Source: Eledone cirrhosa (taxonomy: Eukaryota). From it: a DNA stretch of 64,000 bases. Where the stretch lies: positions 72,478,001 through 72,542,000 of the forward strand of contig OZ024743.1 of assembly GCA_964016885.1 (NCBI GenBank). The letters are read 5' to 3'. Both the position numbers and the translations under genes were made by a program. Under the pieces are notes generated by a model. The model was not told the DNA's origin. It ran no database searches and saw only the letters and a list, made by a program, of their open reading frames with translations. Shown here one piece after another: positions 12,607 to 23,263 of this stretch (its first letter is position 1; every line of letters starts with the position of its first letter).

Positions 12607-13437
12607 GTTGTTGTCATGTTTCTGCATGTACCCTCTCTACATCTTATGCTATAGACTATATTTCTAGTCTTACAGTTTATCCGGGACTTTATTTTACATA
12701 TAATACATTTCCTATTAGTTCAGTGGATTTTCTTAAAAGATTAGGTTTTGCTGATCAGGGATTTTATTGTGGTTCCTGGCTTTTCTACCATCTTATTCTT
12801 TAAGTGGGTCTTTCTCAGGGCCTTTCACACTGGTTAGCTAATTTCCCTCCAGGGGTAGCGTCCACAAACATGACACCCGGGATAAACTGTAAGACTAGAA
12901 ACGTAGTCTATAGCATAAGATGGAGAGAGGGTACTTGCGGAAACATCACAACAACATACATAGGCGAGACAGCTCGTAGCATAGGTGAAAGGATAGACCA
13001 AAACTGGGGGGGGGAAATAAAAGGACGAAAAAACGGTTCAGTACTATACGAACATGCCAGACAACAACACAACGGTAACATAGACAACATAGAAATTAAA
13101 ATAATATCTAAACATAGAAATGACCCAGCAGATAGGCAAATCAGAGAGGCCAGCGAAATAGAACTTAGAAGGCCAAGGCTAAACAAAAAATGAATGGAAT
13201 AACAACACACAAACAAACAATACTGACTTAAGAGAAGTATAAATAAATAAAAAAAAAAAAATAAATAAATACATACACAACCACAATAACAAAAACATAT
13301 AAACACACTAGTAAACTAAGATAGAATTAACCGATATAAAAGACACAGAAGCGAAAACCACCAAAACAGTGAGGGTGTTCTGTTATTAATTCTGTCAATA
13401 TTATTACACAAGTATGACCCTCCCCAAGTATAACAAT
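12607..13437 (+). mobile_element. PLE fragment: GIY-YIG endonuclease remnant with inverted 5' piece and 3' tail
   Basis: NCKTRNVVYSI..YIGETARSIGER..SVLYEH..RQIREA..P.LNKK (12860-13193). 12607-12800 is an inverted, overlapping piece of the same ORF. Confidence 0.85.
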
Positions 13438-13514
13438 ATATATATATATATATTTATATATATAATATTAAAAGGGAACCAACAATCAGTATTGCATCAT
13501 TATATATTTTATTT

Positions 13515-13604
13515 CATATTACAAATGATTTTCTGCCGATCAGCTCGAGCAGCGATCGATTAATGTTCGATCCTGACTCTGGAATCGGAAGCTCCTCAGA
13601 TACG
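13515..13604 (-). ncRNA. Hammerhead-like motif with expanded stem II
   Basis: cgtat-CTGAGGA-(~60 nt closed by ccgat/atcgg)-GAAA..TA-atatg; homolog at 37271-37367. Confidence 0.45.
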
Positions 13605-13624
13605 TATTCACATGTAGACGCGTG

Positions 13625-13918
13625 CAACATCCGTTCATATATATGGGCTTACACCATTGAGACCAATTAAGGTATGTCACTAACTTAAAACCAAATATTG
13701 TATTTTATCTGACGAAAGCGTACAACGCCCGTTCATATATATAGGCTTACACCATTGAGACCAATTAAGGTATGTCACTAACTTAAAACCAAATATTGTA
13801 TTTTATCTGACTAAAGCGTACAACGTCCGTTCATATAAATAGGCTTACACCATTGAGACCAACTAAGGTATGTCACTAACTTAAAACTAAATATTGTATT
13901 TTATCTAACGAAAGCGTA
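13625..13918. repeat. Three tandem copies of a ~98-bp unit
   Basis: ggcttacaccattgagaccaa..aaggtatgtcactaacttaaaac recurs three times. Confidence 0.92.
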
Positions 13919-13996
13919 CTTAAATCCTCGTACCCTTGAAATATGTATAATAAAATAAATATGGTTCTGTAAAGATATGTTCATTTATTAATATTC

Positions 13997-14048
<52 letters not shown>

Positions 14049-14107
14049 ATGACGGCGATGAATTTATTTTGCAAAGATTTTGATATGAAATCGTGTGTCG
14101 AAACAAA

Positions 14108-14340
14108 TATTGTTACACTTGGGGAGGGTCATATTGTGGTAATATTGCCAGAAATAATAACAGAACACACTCACTATTTGGTTGGTTTTCGCTTCTGTAT
14201 CTTTTATATCTCCATAGTTACTTTATTTGGCCATTAATGTTTATCACAGACTGACGACCTGTTAAAAATACAGATATAAATACATATATATAGTCTAAGA
14301 AAGTTATTTCGTTGCACATCTGCAACATCATCAGTGTTAC
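14108..14340 (-). mobile_element. PLE 3' end fragment with HHR core (family of 2672-2928)
   Basis: Reverse complement of the shared tail; CTGATGA-t-gttgca gatg tgcaac-GAAA. Confidence 0.65.
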
Positions 14341-14491
14341 TATTTTCATGTCTCCCCTGCTGTATTGTAGTGTCTACGCCATTTTTATTTTATCTATTTC
14401 ATCTATTATATATATATATAAAAATTAGGATTGGTGCTCTGAAATAGCGATATATACATGAATGTATGTATATTATATTTGGCAATATACC

Positions 14492-14652
14492 GTATGTTTA
14501 ATTAAAAACATTTTGAAGACTTTACGCTATCATTTTAAAGTAGTGACTATGTCACTTACTTCTTTCCCTTCCTTTGCCGAAAAAAGAAGTGACATAGTCA
14601 CTACTCTAAAATGATAGCGCAAGGTCTTCAAAATGTTTTTAATTAAACATAC
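14492..14652. repeat. Hairpin with ~65-bp arms
   Basis: gtatgtttaattaaaaacattttgaagac..gtgactatgtcactt / aagtgacatagtcac..gtcttcaaaatgtttttaattaaacatac. Confidence 0.9.
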
Positions 14653-14678
14653 CATATGGCAAATATACTATATATACA

Positions 14679-14736
<58 letters not shown>

Positions 14737-14737
<1 letters not shown>

Positions 14738-14853
14738 CGAAGGAAATGTGGTAAGGAACCAGATGGACCATAACGCACTCAATACTTAGGGTAATAGGAA
14801 CGAGTAGGATCCCGACGGCTGAGCTCAAGCCGTTTCGACGGCTAATTCTGGAC
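14737..14853 (-). mobile_element. Short TA-inserted element end with 3' half of an HHR (related pieces at 16480-16560, 37775-37830, 55850-56035)
   Basis: Minus strand GAAA-cggct tgagctc agccg-TC; aaccagatggaccataacgcac is shared with the 16.5 kb and 55.9 kb pieces. Confidence 0.6.
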
Positions 14854-14888
<35 letters not shown>

Positions 14889-15018
14889 ATAATTATAATA
14901 TATAAGAATTATTAAATAAAATATATTCAGTCTTTCTTCAGCCTAGTCCGTAGAAATCAATTAGATAAATAATCATTTAATATATATAAATAATCATTTA
15001 ATATATATATATATATTA

Positions 15019-15049
<31 letters not shown>

Positions 15050-15619
15050 GCCGGAACCTCAGCTAGTACAGTATATAGAGGAGAAAACACAAAAAGTGTA
15101 TGTTTTCAATTACGAGGGGAGGAGAACCACTAGAGTGAAGAATATGCAAATATTGAGGAATGTAGCTGTGTAGTTTTCGAATTCCCTCATTCTCAGGGAA
15201 TGATTGTTCATCTACTGGAAACGTAGAACACCAGCAGGCTGAATCGTGTAACATCTGCCTGCATGTGAAAAATCTAAAGAAAATCAGCTGGATACTCTTT
15301 AAGCGTTCTAAAGCTTAGAGTATGATTTGTCTTTCATTTGGAGAAAATCGGTTAGGTACTTTTAAAGCTTTATAGATTCGCACCCAGTCATCCGGACAGA
15401 CATAATCATTTATATCTATTGTACCTGCATGTATACTGTACAAAGTAAGACATGTTATGCAACCACACATCATGTTGGGCCTTCCCCACAAAAGACCATA
15501 GCCTCTTCGTAAATCTATCCAATCTGTAATAGATCGAACAGTTATATCGGATGCCAAACGCTTCTGAATTCCTATTGGAGTCACCATCAACAATTTCAAG
15601 GGATGTAAGTTTAAGTAGG

Positions 15620-16402
15620 GATATTGAGATGACGAAATCAGCGTGCAACGCAACAGCAGCAGAAAGGGGTCAAAGTGCAATTAGCACAAATGCTAGGCGG
15701 CACTGGTTGCAATGCGTTTACACAGCAACAAAGGTGTGACAAAAGGGGTCATCACAGAATTAGCACAACCGCTGTTCAGCGTACATGCGCAGTGCGTTCA
15801 GACTGCGGTGTAGGTGCAACAAAAGGGGTCCTATTAGAAGTAGCACAGGCGTGAGTTTTATGGTGTCAATAACACGGCAATGTACACAGGTGATGGAAGC
15901 ACGAAGCGTCAACAGGGCGCCGAAAAAATGTTAAGGTCCTCCTCATTTCCTCAATCCCCCGAAAATGATCCTGCTTATAAGTAAGTGCTGTGTCCTCTGT
16001 TAAATAAACCACATTTTTAACTACTTACGATGTTTAAGTACGTTGAAAATGAAAATCGCATGGATTGCCCAATGCTAATTCGTAAATTTCCTAGAAACCA
16101 TTAATGGAATCGGACATCTTCTTGACCACAGCAATGTGAGGGGGAGAACTAATGTATGCTGCAAATTTCGAGGAAATCGGCTGGATTATCCTTAAGTTAC
16201 GCCTCAAAAAAGCCTAAACATGCCTTTAAAATGTGGCTTTTCGCCTAATGCGAGCCGTAGGGCAACAAAAGTTACAATTTTGTATCCCTTTGCACTTCAA
16301 GGAATATAAGTAACGCTCGTGCAAATTTTAAAAAAATCGGTCTGGTACTTCTCGAGTTTTAGGGATTTACACAGACAGACATCTTCTGTTTCATATATAA
16401 GA
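15620..16402 (-). mobile_element. Probable non-autonomous Helitron-type element
   Basis: Minus strand starts A|TCTTATATATGAAAC followed by a tgtctgtctg microsatellite; repeated gcaaattt..aaatcgg motifs; three aaaggggtc..tagcaca subrepeats. No 3' CTAG located. Confidence 0.45.
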
Positions 16403-16558
16403 TTTCCTTTTTACTAATATATCACAACGCGTGTGTCACATCTCTACTTTTTTTTAAAATATATATATTTATATATATAGGAAAAGGTATGACCCCGATG
16501 GCAGAGCTCAAGCTCTGGTGCGTTATGGTCCATCTGTTTCCTTACCACAATTCCTTCG

Positions 16559-16631
<73 letters not shown>

Positions 16632-17084
16632 AGTGTATATATACACTCAAATATATATAGATAGATATCTATATGTACATGTGTGCAAATATATGTATAT
16701 ATAGACACACTCAATCATGGTGTAGATAAAGTTTCTGTACAAACGTGTACTTTATTTTAACCCTTGTGGATTAATTTGCAGATATTCTTAGATGTCAATT
16801 TTCCAACTACATCGTTACATTGGTGAATGGCAATGCCAACATAGAATAGGTGGTCAATAAAAAAACAAACATAAATGTATAAAATAGAATTATACTGGAG
16901 TACACCGATTTATATATTTATATATTATTTAATTTGCGTATATATTTTTAATCCGTATGATCAGAGATGATACGAATTTAGCAGCTACTTCTCCGGAACT
17001 AGAGATCAGAGCTCCGATACTATGGGCACCTGATTAGAATTCCTCAGTAAATAATAGTTAGACAGATTTTACGGGTAAAACTAA

Positions 17085-17270
17085 CCAACAGGAGGCCCAG
17101 AGGTAGACCCCCTTGCAAGACGGTTGGGTAAGATTTGGGTATTGAGCCGTATAAGTGAGAAACGGTTGCTTCTGACGGGACCCGCTGGAAGGAGTGTTTG
17201 AGGAAAGTGTCCCCTGACTCTCACAGAAATAACAGGGTAAAAATGAAGGAGAACATGATGATGACGATGC

Positions 17271-17328
<58 letters not shown>

Positions 17329-17330
17329 AC
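17085..17330 (+). mobile_element. RTE-like LINE 3' remnant with (CTG)/(ATG)n tail
   Basis: RRPRGRPLAR..LGIEP..ETVASDGTRWKECL. Confidence 0.6.
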
Positions 17331-17679
17331 ATCTGCAGTATGCTAGACACTATACGAGGCTTTATATTCTACGAAGAATATTAACGTTATTTATATTTGC
17401 AAAACCAAAATAACAAATTGCAGTTTTATATTCTAAATAAGTTATATCTGTTATATATAACTTAATTCTGTATTTAATTCATGTGATAAGAAGTATACAG
17501 CACACACATATGTGAAACTGTGTTATTGATGATTATCTGAATACATTTTCATTATAGAAAAATAATCATTTAAAAACCAACCCGAAACAAATATTAGTGA
17601 AATAACGTTTAATGTTATTTTATCGATGTTACTCCTCTTTATTCGTCGAAATATTTTCAAACGGAGTGTTAATATATAT

Positions 17680-18090
17680 AATAATTGTTTCTACTTTTTG
17701 GCACAAGGCCAGCAATTACTCAGTGCATTACTGGTGCTTTACTTTATCGACCCCGTAAGGATGAAAGGCAAAGTTAACCTCGGCGGGATTTGAACTCAGA
17801 ATGGCAAGGGCCGTAACTCTATGAGTCAAAGCATGGCGTCCAACCATCTACCGATACTGCCAATCCACCGCCATGTTAATATATATAATAATTGTTTCTA
17901 CTTTAGGCACAATGCCAGCAATTACCAGTGCATTACTGGTACTTTATTTTATCGACCCCGTAAGGATGAAAGGCAAAGTCAACCTCGGCAGGATTTGAAC
18001 CCATATATAATAATTATTTCTACGTTAGGCACAAGGCCAGCAATTATCCAGTGCATTACTGGTACTTTATTTTATCGACCCCGTAAGGAT
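17680..18090 (-). mobile_element. SINE family A: one full copy plus two tandem 3' partials
   Basis: ggcacaa(g/t)gccagcaatta..tttatcgaccccgtaaggat occurs three times. Confidence 0.9.
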
Positions 18091-18539
18091 AACTCATATA
18101 TAATAATGGAGCTTGGATATATTCAATTGTAATGTAGTGAGTAGTCTAAGTAAAACAATAATGAAATGAATAAGCAACAAAATCTACCTGAGTAGTGTTT
18201 CTATTCACAATAATGATCAACAACATTTATAACTTAGAAACAAAATATAACAATATACTTACGTTTCTCTTTCGTCTCTCAGACGTTTAGAAATTTTAAA
18301 ATGCGAGGATTTAGGTTATTTTGATTTCGTCTAAATTCTATTGGCAATTTCTGAAAATTCTATATCGATCTCTTAGATACAAATGTCATTAGTGTATAGA
18401 CGATGAGACAAGACTGAGAGAAGTTGATGACTTATCGAAGAACATTAGCTAATTAAAGAAATAGACGCGGCCTCAAGCATAATTAGAAATCGCTTTACAG
18501 TGTGATATCACACATTTTCCATGGAATTCCGTGGTCTTA

Positions 18540-18670
18540 CTAACACTTCTTCTTTTCTTGGAAAAAGTCCCCAAACACTCCTTCCTGCTGGTCCTGTCAG
18601 AAGCAACTGCCTCCAACTTATCTGGCTGGATCCCCAAGCGAGACCAGCCACACTCATGGATGTTATCCAA
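18540..18670 (-). mobile_element. RTE-like LINE 3' remnant
   Basis: LGIQPDKLEAVASDRTSRKECL, homologous to 17085-17210. Confidence 0.6.
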
Positions 18671-18794
18671 CCAGTTTTAATAACTCTTCTTTCAAATTCT
18701 GTACTTAGATAATTAAATAAATAAACGCAACGATTGTTTCTAATTTGACTATAGAGTTTACTCCTTGGATATGACCGTTAGATTTCTGCTGATG

Positions 18795-19130
18795 GGATGT
18801 TAAACGTGTGAAGAGGCGTCGCTTTGTAGTGCAGGGTATTCGGCTCTCAATCGTAAAGTCCTGAGTTCGATTACAGGTGGCGCGTTTTGTCATTAAGCAA
18901 TACACTTTATTTCACATTGCTCCAGTCAACTCAGTCGGCAAAAATTAGTTTTACCTGTAATTCGAAGGGTCATTGTCGTCATTTCTGTGTCACACTGAAT
19001 CTCCCTGAGAACTATGTTAACAGTACGCGTGTCTATGGAATGCTCAGCCTCTTGGACGTTTATTTCAAGGGCTGTATGTTCCGTTGATCGCATCAGATTG
19101 AACACTCATCATCCTACCCGACGCTGTGCA
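18795..19130 (+). mobile_element. tRNA-derived SINE family B (octopus-type)
   Basis: tRNA-like head with box B gagttcgatt; body cactttatttcacattgctccagtc..ctgaatctccctgagaacta matches an abundant Octopus SINE as recalled. Confidence 0.75.
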
Positions 19131-19913
19131 AATTATGAAACATTTTAGACGACGATTTTAATTAAGTTTGTGTTAATGTGAATTACGTTATGTTGCTTAT
19201 GGTTAGTTTTATTTTGTTTGCTTTGACTTGATTTCTTTACGTTTGTTAAATCCTTATTTTTATGTTCCGTAGGGTTTCTTAATATAAATATTCACTTTTA
19301 TAACTTTGACATGTTTACCGTAGCCTCATTACTTTAAAGTTAAAACACGGGCTTTTGTCTGTTCTGTCACTGACTTGTCTATAAAACAGTTACACTAATA
19401 TGATTGAACATTATTCAAATTCTCTATCATATATGGTAATGTATTCATTTGCTATGGGCAAAGAATATCGTCTTTATAATCAAGATGTTGACATCTGAAA
19501 ATGTTCGATGAAGCATATATTCTAATTAATTGGGAGGGTCATGGTGCCAATAAAGAACCCATGCTCCTGTTGATTGTCACTTCAATGAATTATTATAATT
19601 TCCCAGAGGGTTAATTCAATAACTAGATGGCTCTTTAATTGTTGATTGTCATCAAAGCTCTTTCATCAAACATTCGATGACCTCTCCATTGCATATATTT
19701 GTTGTTATTTTCTGCCTCTCTATGTATAACTCGTATAATCACCTGAAGATTGTTCATGATTTTGAATATTCTTACATTTCTGCAGAATGGCCAATATTGG
19801 GCCTTGAAGAAACATCAAGTAGAACTTTTGTTCCGTGCATGGACATAATATAAGATAAAATAATAATAATTATATATAAACACACACACATATACACACA
19901 CACACACACACAT

Positions 19914-19982
<69 letters not shown>

Positions 19983-20909
19983 ATACATATATATGTGTGT
20001 GTGTGTGTGTGTGTAATGTGTATTTTTAATCAACGTGATGAATTCAACCCCTACGGCTCGGTGTAGGTTTGCGTTTAAAAATCAACTGATACTATTTCAG
20101 AAGTAGATTATAATTGACAAGTAATACAAATGAACAGATAATATTATTCATTATTTCTTATTTAATGGCTAAACAGATGGAGATCAGTAGCCACAAGAAT
20201 TTAAAAAGAATCTAATGGATTCATAATCAGATCGAAAGCATACCAACCATGGGCCAAGAAGTGTTGCTGAACCTGATGATATATTAAGTAAACCACACAG
20301 GAACGAGAACGGACCTTTAGAGAAACTTCCACACAGTCTCACTAAAAAAGATCGTACACAACATAAATTATTTCAGAAGTGACCTTCTGAACGACGTAAT
20401 AACGTCTACATCCTAAATTTCTTATATTTTTACAATATTCCAGTTTAATACTGATTTTCTGATATTTTAATCACATCGAATTTGGCCTTTTTCAATTATA
20501 TTTTGTTTCGTTGCAATAGTATTTCAATTGTAATATCAACTATCGCCGTGCAAGGATATGTTGTTCTTGTTGATATTGTTTATGTTTAAATTTGAAAATA
20601 TTCGAAGGTTTTTATATAATGACAATCAAAATGTTATCTTGTACATGACATTGAAAAAGCTATGTTGATTCCAGAACATATGATTATTCAGACGTCGAAA
20701 TTATCACTCCAGTGTCACCTGTCAATTCATTAACAGATGTATAAGTTAATCCTCTGAAGAATAGATAACTCTGCAATCTGTTCATTATCGTTTGATTTCA
20801 CACGAATCTTCATTTTCATTGTAAAAATTGTATTAACTTAATTTCTGTTCGTCATATTACAATCCTGCTCATGAAATATTTCATTCTTCCTAATGTAATT
20901 TAAGAAAGC

Positions 20910-21092
20910 ATTGGCGATATCAGTAGAGGGTCGGACGCCATGCTTTGACGCAAAGAGTTTCGACCCTTTACGATATGAGTTCAAATCCCGCCGAGGTTAA
21001 CTTTGCCTTTCATCCCTACGGGGTGGATAAAATAAAGTACCAGTAATGTACTGGTTAATTGTTGGCCTTGTGCCAAAAGTAGAAACAATTAT
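20910..21092 (+). mobile_element. SINE family A, sense copy
   Basis: Box A-like tggcgatatcagtag, box B gagttcaaatccc, core gcctttcatccctacggggt, 3' end ggccttgtgccaaaagtagaaacaattatt. Confidence 0.9.
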
Positions 21093-22651
21093 TTACATTA
21101 TTGTATTTTCGTACGAAAGCTCCTAATTCGCTCTACCTTAATTCCACGTAAAATCCTTCTCTGTGTTACTTCGTTTGAAAGATAATCCCCAGCACTTTAA
21201 CATACGTAAAAAGTCAACGACCAATTTTAGAGTAATATCGTGTGTAAATACACCATTAAATATTATGGCATCGTACTCTCCCTCTCATTTATCAACTCCT
21301 GTTTGTTTGGGTTCATAAAATTGCCTCACGTAACCAAATATTTCAACTACTCAAGTAACACATTGCACTAAATTGATACTATATGCTATAACTCATATAC
21401 ACTAATGATATATTACTCATATACACTAATGATATAAACATTTCTTGCAAGAGGTATTCATTTCAGAAAATGGACCACACAAAAGTATTCACATTGATCT
21501 GCAATTGCTCCAGCTGGATATCAATTGGACCTACCTCACCAAAATATGTGGCGTTTATTGCTTTGGGATAAGTAATAAGAAAACTATAAACATTCTAGTT
21601 AACTGCACAATAAACTAACAATAGATTTCTCTATTGAAATCAGTAATATATTTAAACACATTACTCACCCTCACTACACCACATGATATAGAGAGAATCA
21701 ACAAAATAATTCTATAAAAGTATTAGAAAGAAATGTGAAGAGATTTATACATTTTGTTCTCTTTTTGCGTGCGAATAATGTAGTCTGTACTAAAAAATGC
21801 TACATTCCCTTAAATTTAGTTTATAATTAATAAAACTTAGAGAAGTTAGTAAATTTATTTAATGTAACGAACTACAAATAGAAATAATTATTTTTTCAAA
21901 ATTCCCAATAGCAGGGAGAATATTATAAACCAATGATTAAATGAAATTCGGTCCATTAAACTATTTAGATTTTGTAAAAGAGCTCTTTCAAGCGAAATCA
22001 ATGCTTTCTAATTAATATATATTGAACGATCTAAAAATAAATGTGATTCCTGTTTTTTATTGAATTGAATTCTTTTGTCACTGTTTCATTCATTCGGTTT
22101 AAACAAAAGAGAATAACAAAACAGTCAATAAATAAGTTTAATGATGCTCTGATTGCAATTCTGTTCGATTCATTATCCTTAAGTCCACATTCCTCTGGTT
22201 ATAGGAAGGAACATGTCATGATGTTGCAGTACGTAATAATAGGGATTGATTTAAAAGTAATATTCTTGATAAAGAAGACCAATCCTGGCATTCTAAAATA
22301 GTGGTTAGCTGGTTAGTTGTTACTTTAATCACTAGTTTTTAGGTTTAATTTCCTCGTTTAGCTTGTCTCTTTTTTTACTTATTTTGTGTCCACGTCTGAA
22401 TTGGGTGTGGATGCCTTTAGAGAAATCTGCTTCAGGGTTTTAATAACCAACTGAAGCAAATTCTATATATGCGTAGCAATGACGTATTCTCTATGTGGTA
22501 CTGGGTCTACTAAAAATACCATTCAGCTTCCTTCAAATCCTACAATATCATAGATTACACAGTGTTGTAACATACATCAATGCGAGGCAGTCATGCCTGG
22601 ATGACCTTTACAATTATGTATGATTAATCATGATTCAATTGCTAAACAATA

Positions 22652-22932
22652 TCTTCTTCTTCATCTTGCTCGATGAGGCCGGGGTCGTACTAAGTCGGCG
22701 ATCCCATAAGCATCATTGTGCGTAGAACCGATGTGTCTGTTTCGTGGCGTAAAGTGACTGAGAGTACAAGACTCCCACCTTGACAGGAGGCCAGTCCATC
22801 GCAGGGTCAAAACTCCTACCATTTCTTGTACTCGTTTTCATTAACGTGAAATGAAGAGTTTCGTTCCAAAACTTAACAAGAAACCCAGCACAGAAATCGA
22901 ACCCACGATATTAAGATCATAATCCAACAGGC
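22652..22932 (-). mobile_element. tRNA-derived SINE family C, diverged
   Basis: Minus strand gggttcgattt box B, ccctgcgatggactggcctcctgtc core, (AAG)n tail. Confidence 0.55.
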
Positions 22933-23087
22933 CCCCAGGTTCCACCATTAATTCGTTAACAAAATGTGAATATCATCACACCCTGCAATGATGCACAGGC
23001 CAATAATGGCTATGGTAATACATTGCAAGCAAAGTCGTTTTTTTTTTAATTTATTTTCTGTAAATATACAAAATACCGATATGTATA

Positions 23088-23263
23088 ATAATTTTTTCTA
23101 CTTTGGGCACAATACCAGCAATTACCCAGTACATTACTGGTACTTTATTTTATCGACCACGTAAGTTAACCTCGGCGGGATTTGAACTCAGTCCGTAAAG
23201 GGACGTAACTATGTTGGAAACATGGCGTCCGACTCTCTACCGATACTACCAATCCACCGCCCT
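23088..23263 (-). mobile_element. SINE family A
   Basis: Family core and head present. Confidence 0.88.

Noticed and set aside
11775-12654. Duplicated 'MGKIIQTHLKENQ' ORFs as a gene pair
   Set aside because: They start at GTG inside a TE-like direct repeat and have no recognisable domain.
13705-13725. ctgacgaaag in the 98-bp repeat as a minimal HHR
   Set aside because: There is no stem II or closing stems, and the motif is mutated in the other two units.
19787-21571. Plus-strand exon candidates after tttctgcag (19787) and tcatttcag (21467)
   Set aside because: Short frames with no recognisable homology and no consistent exon chain.
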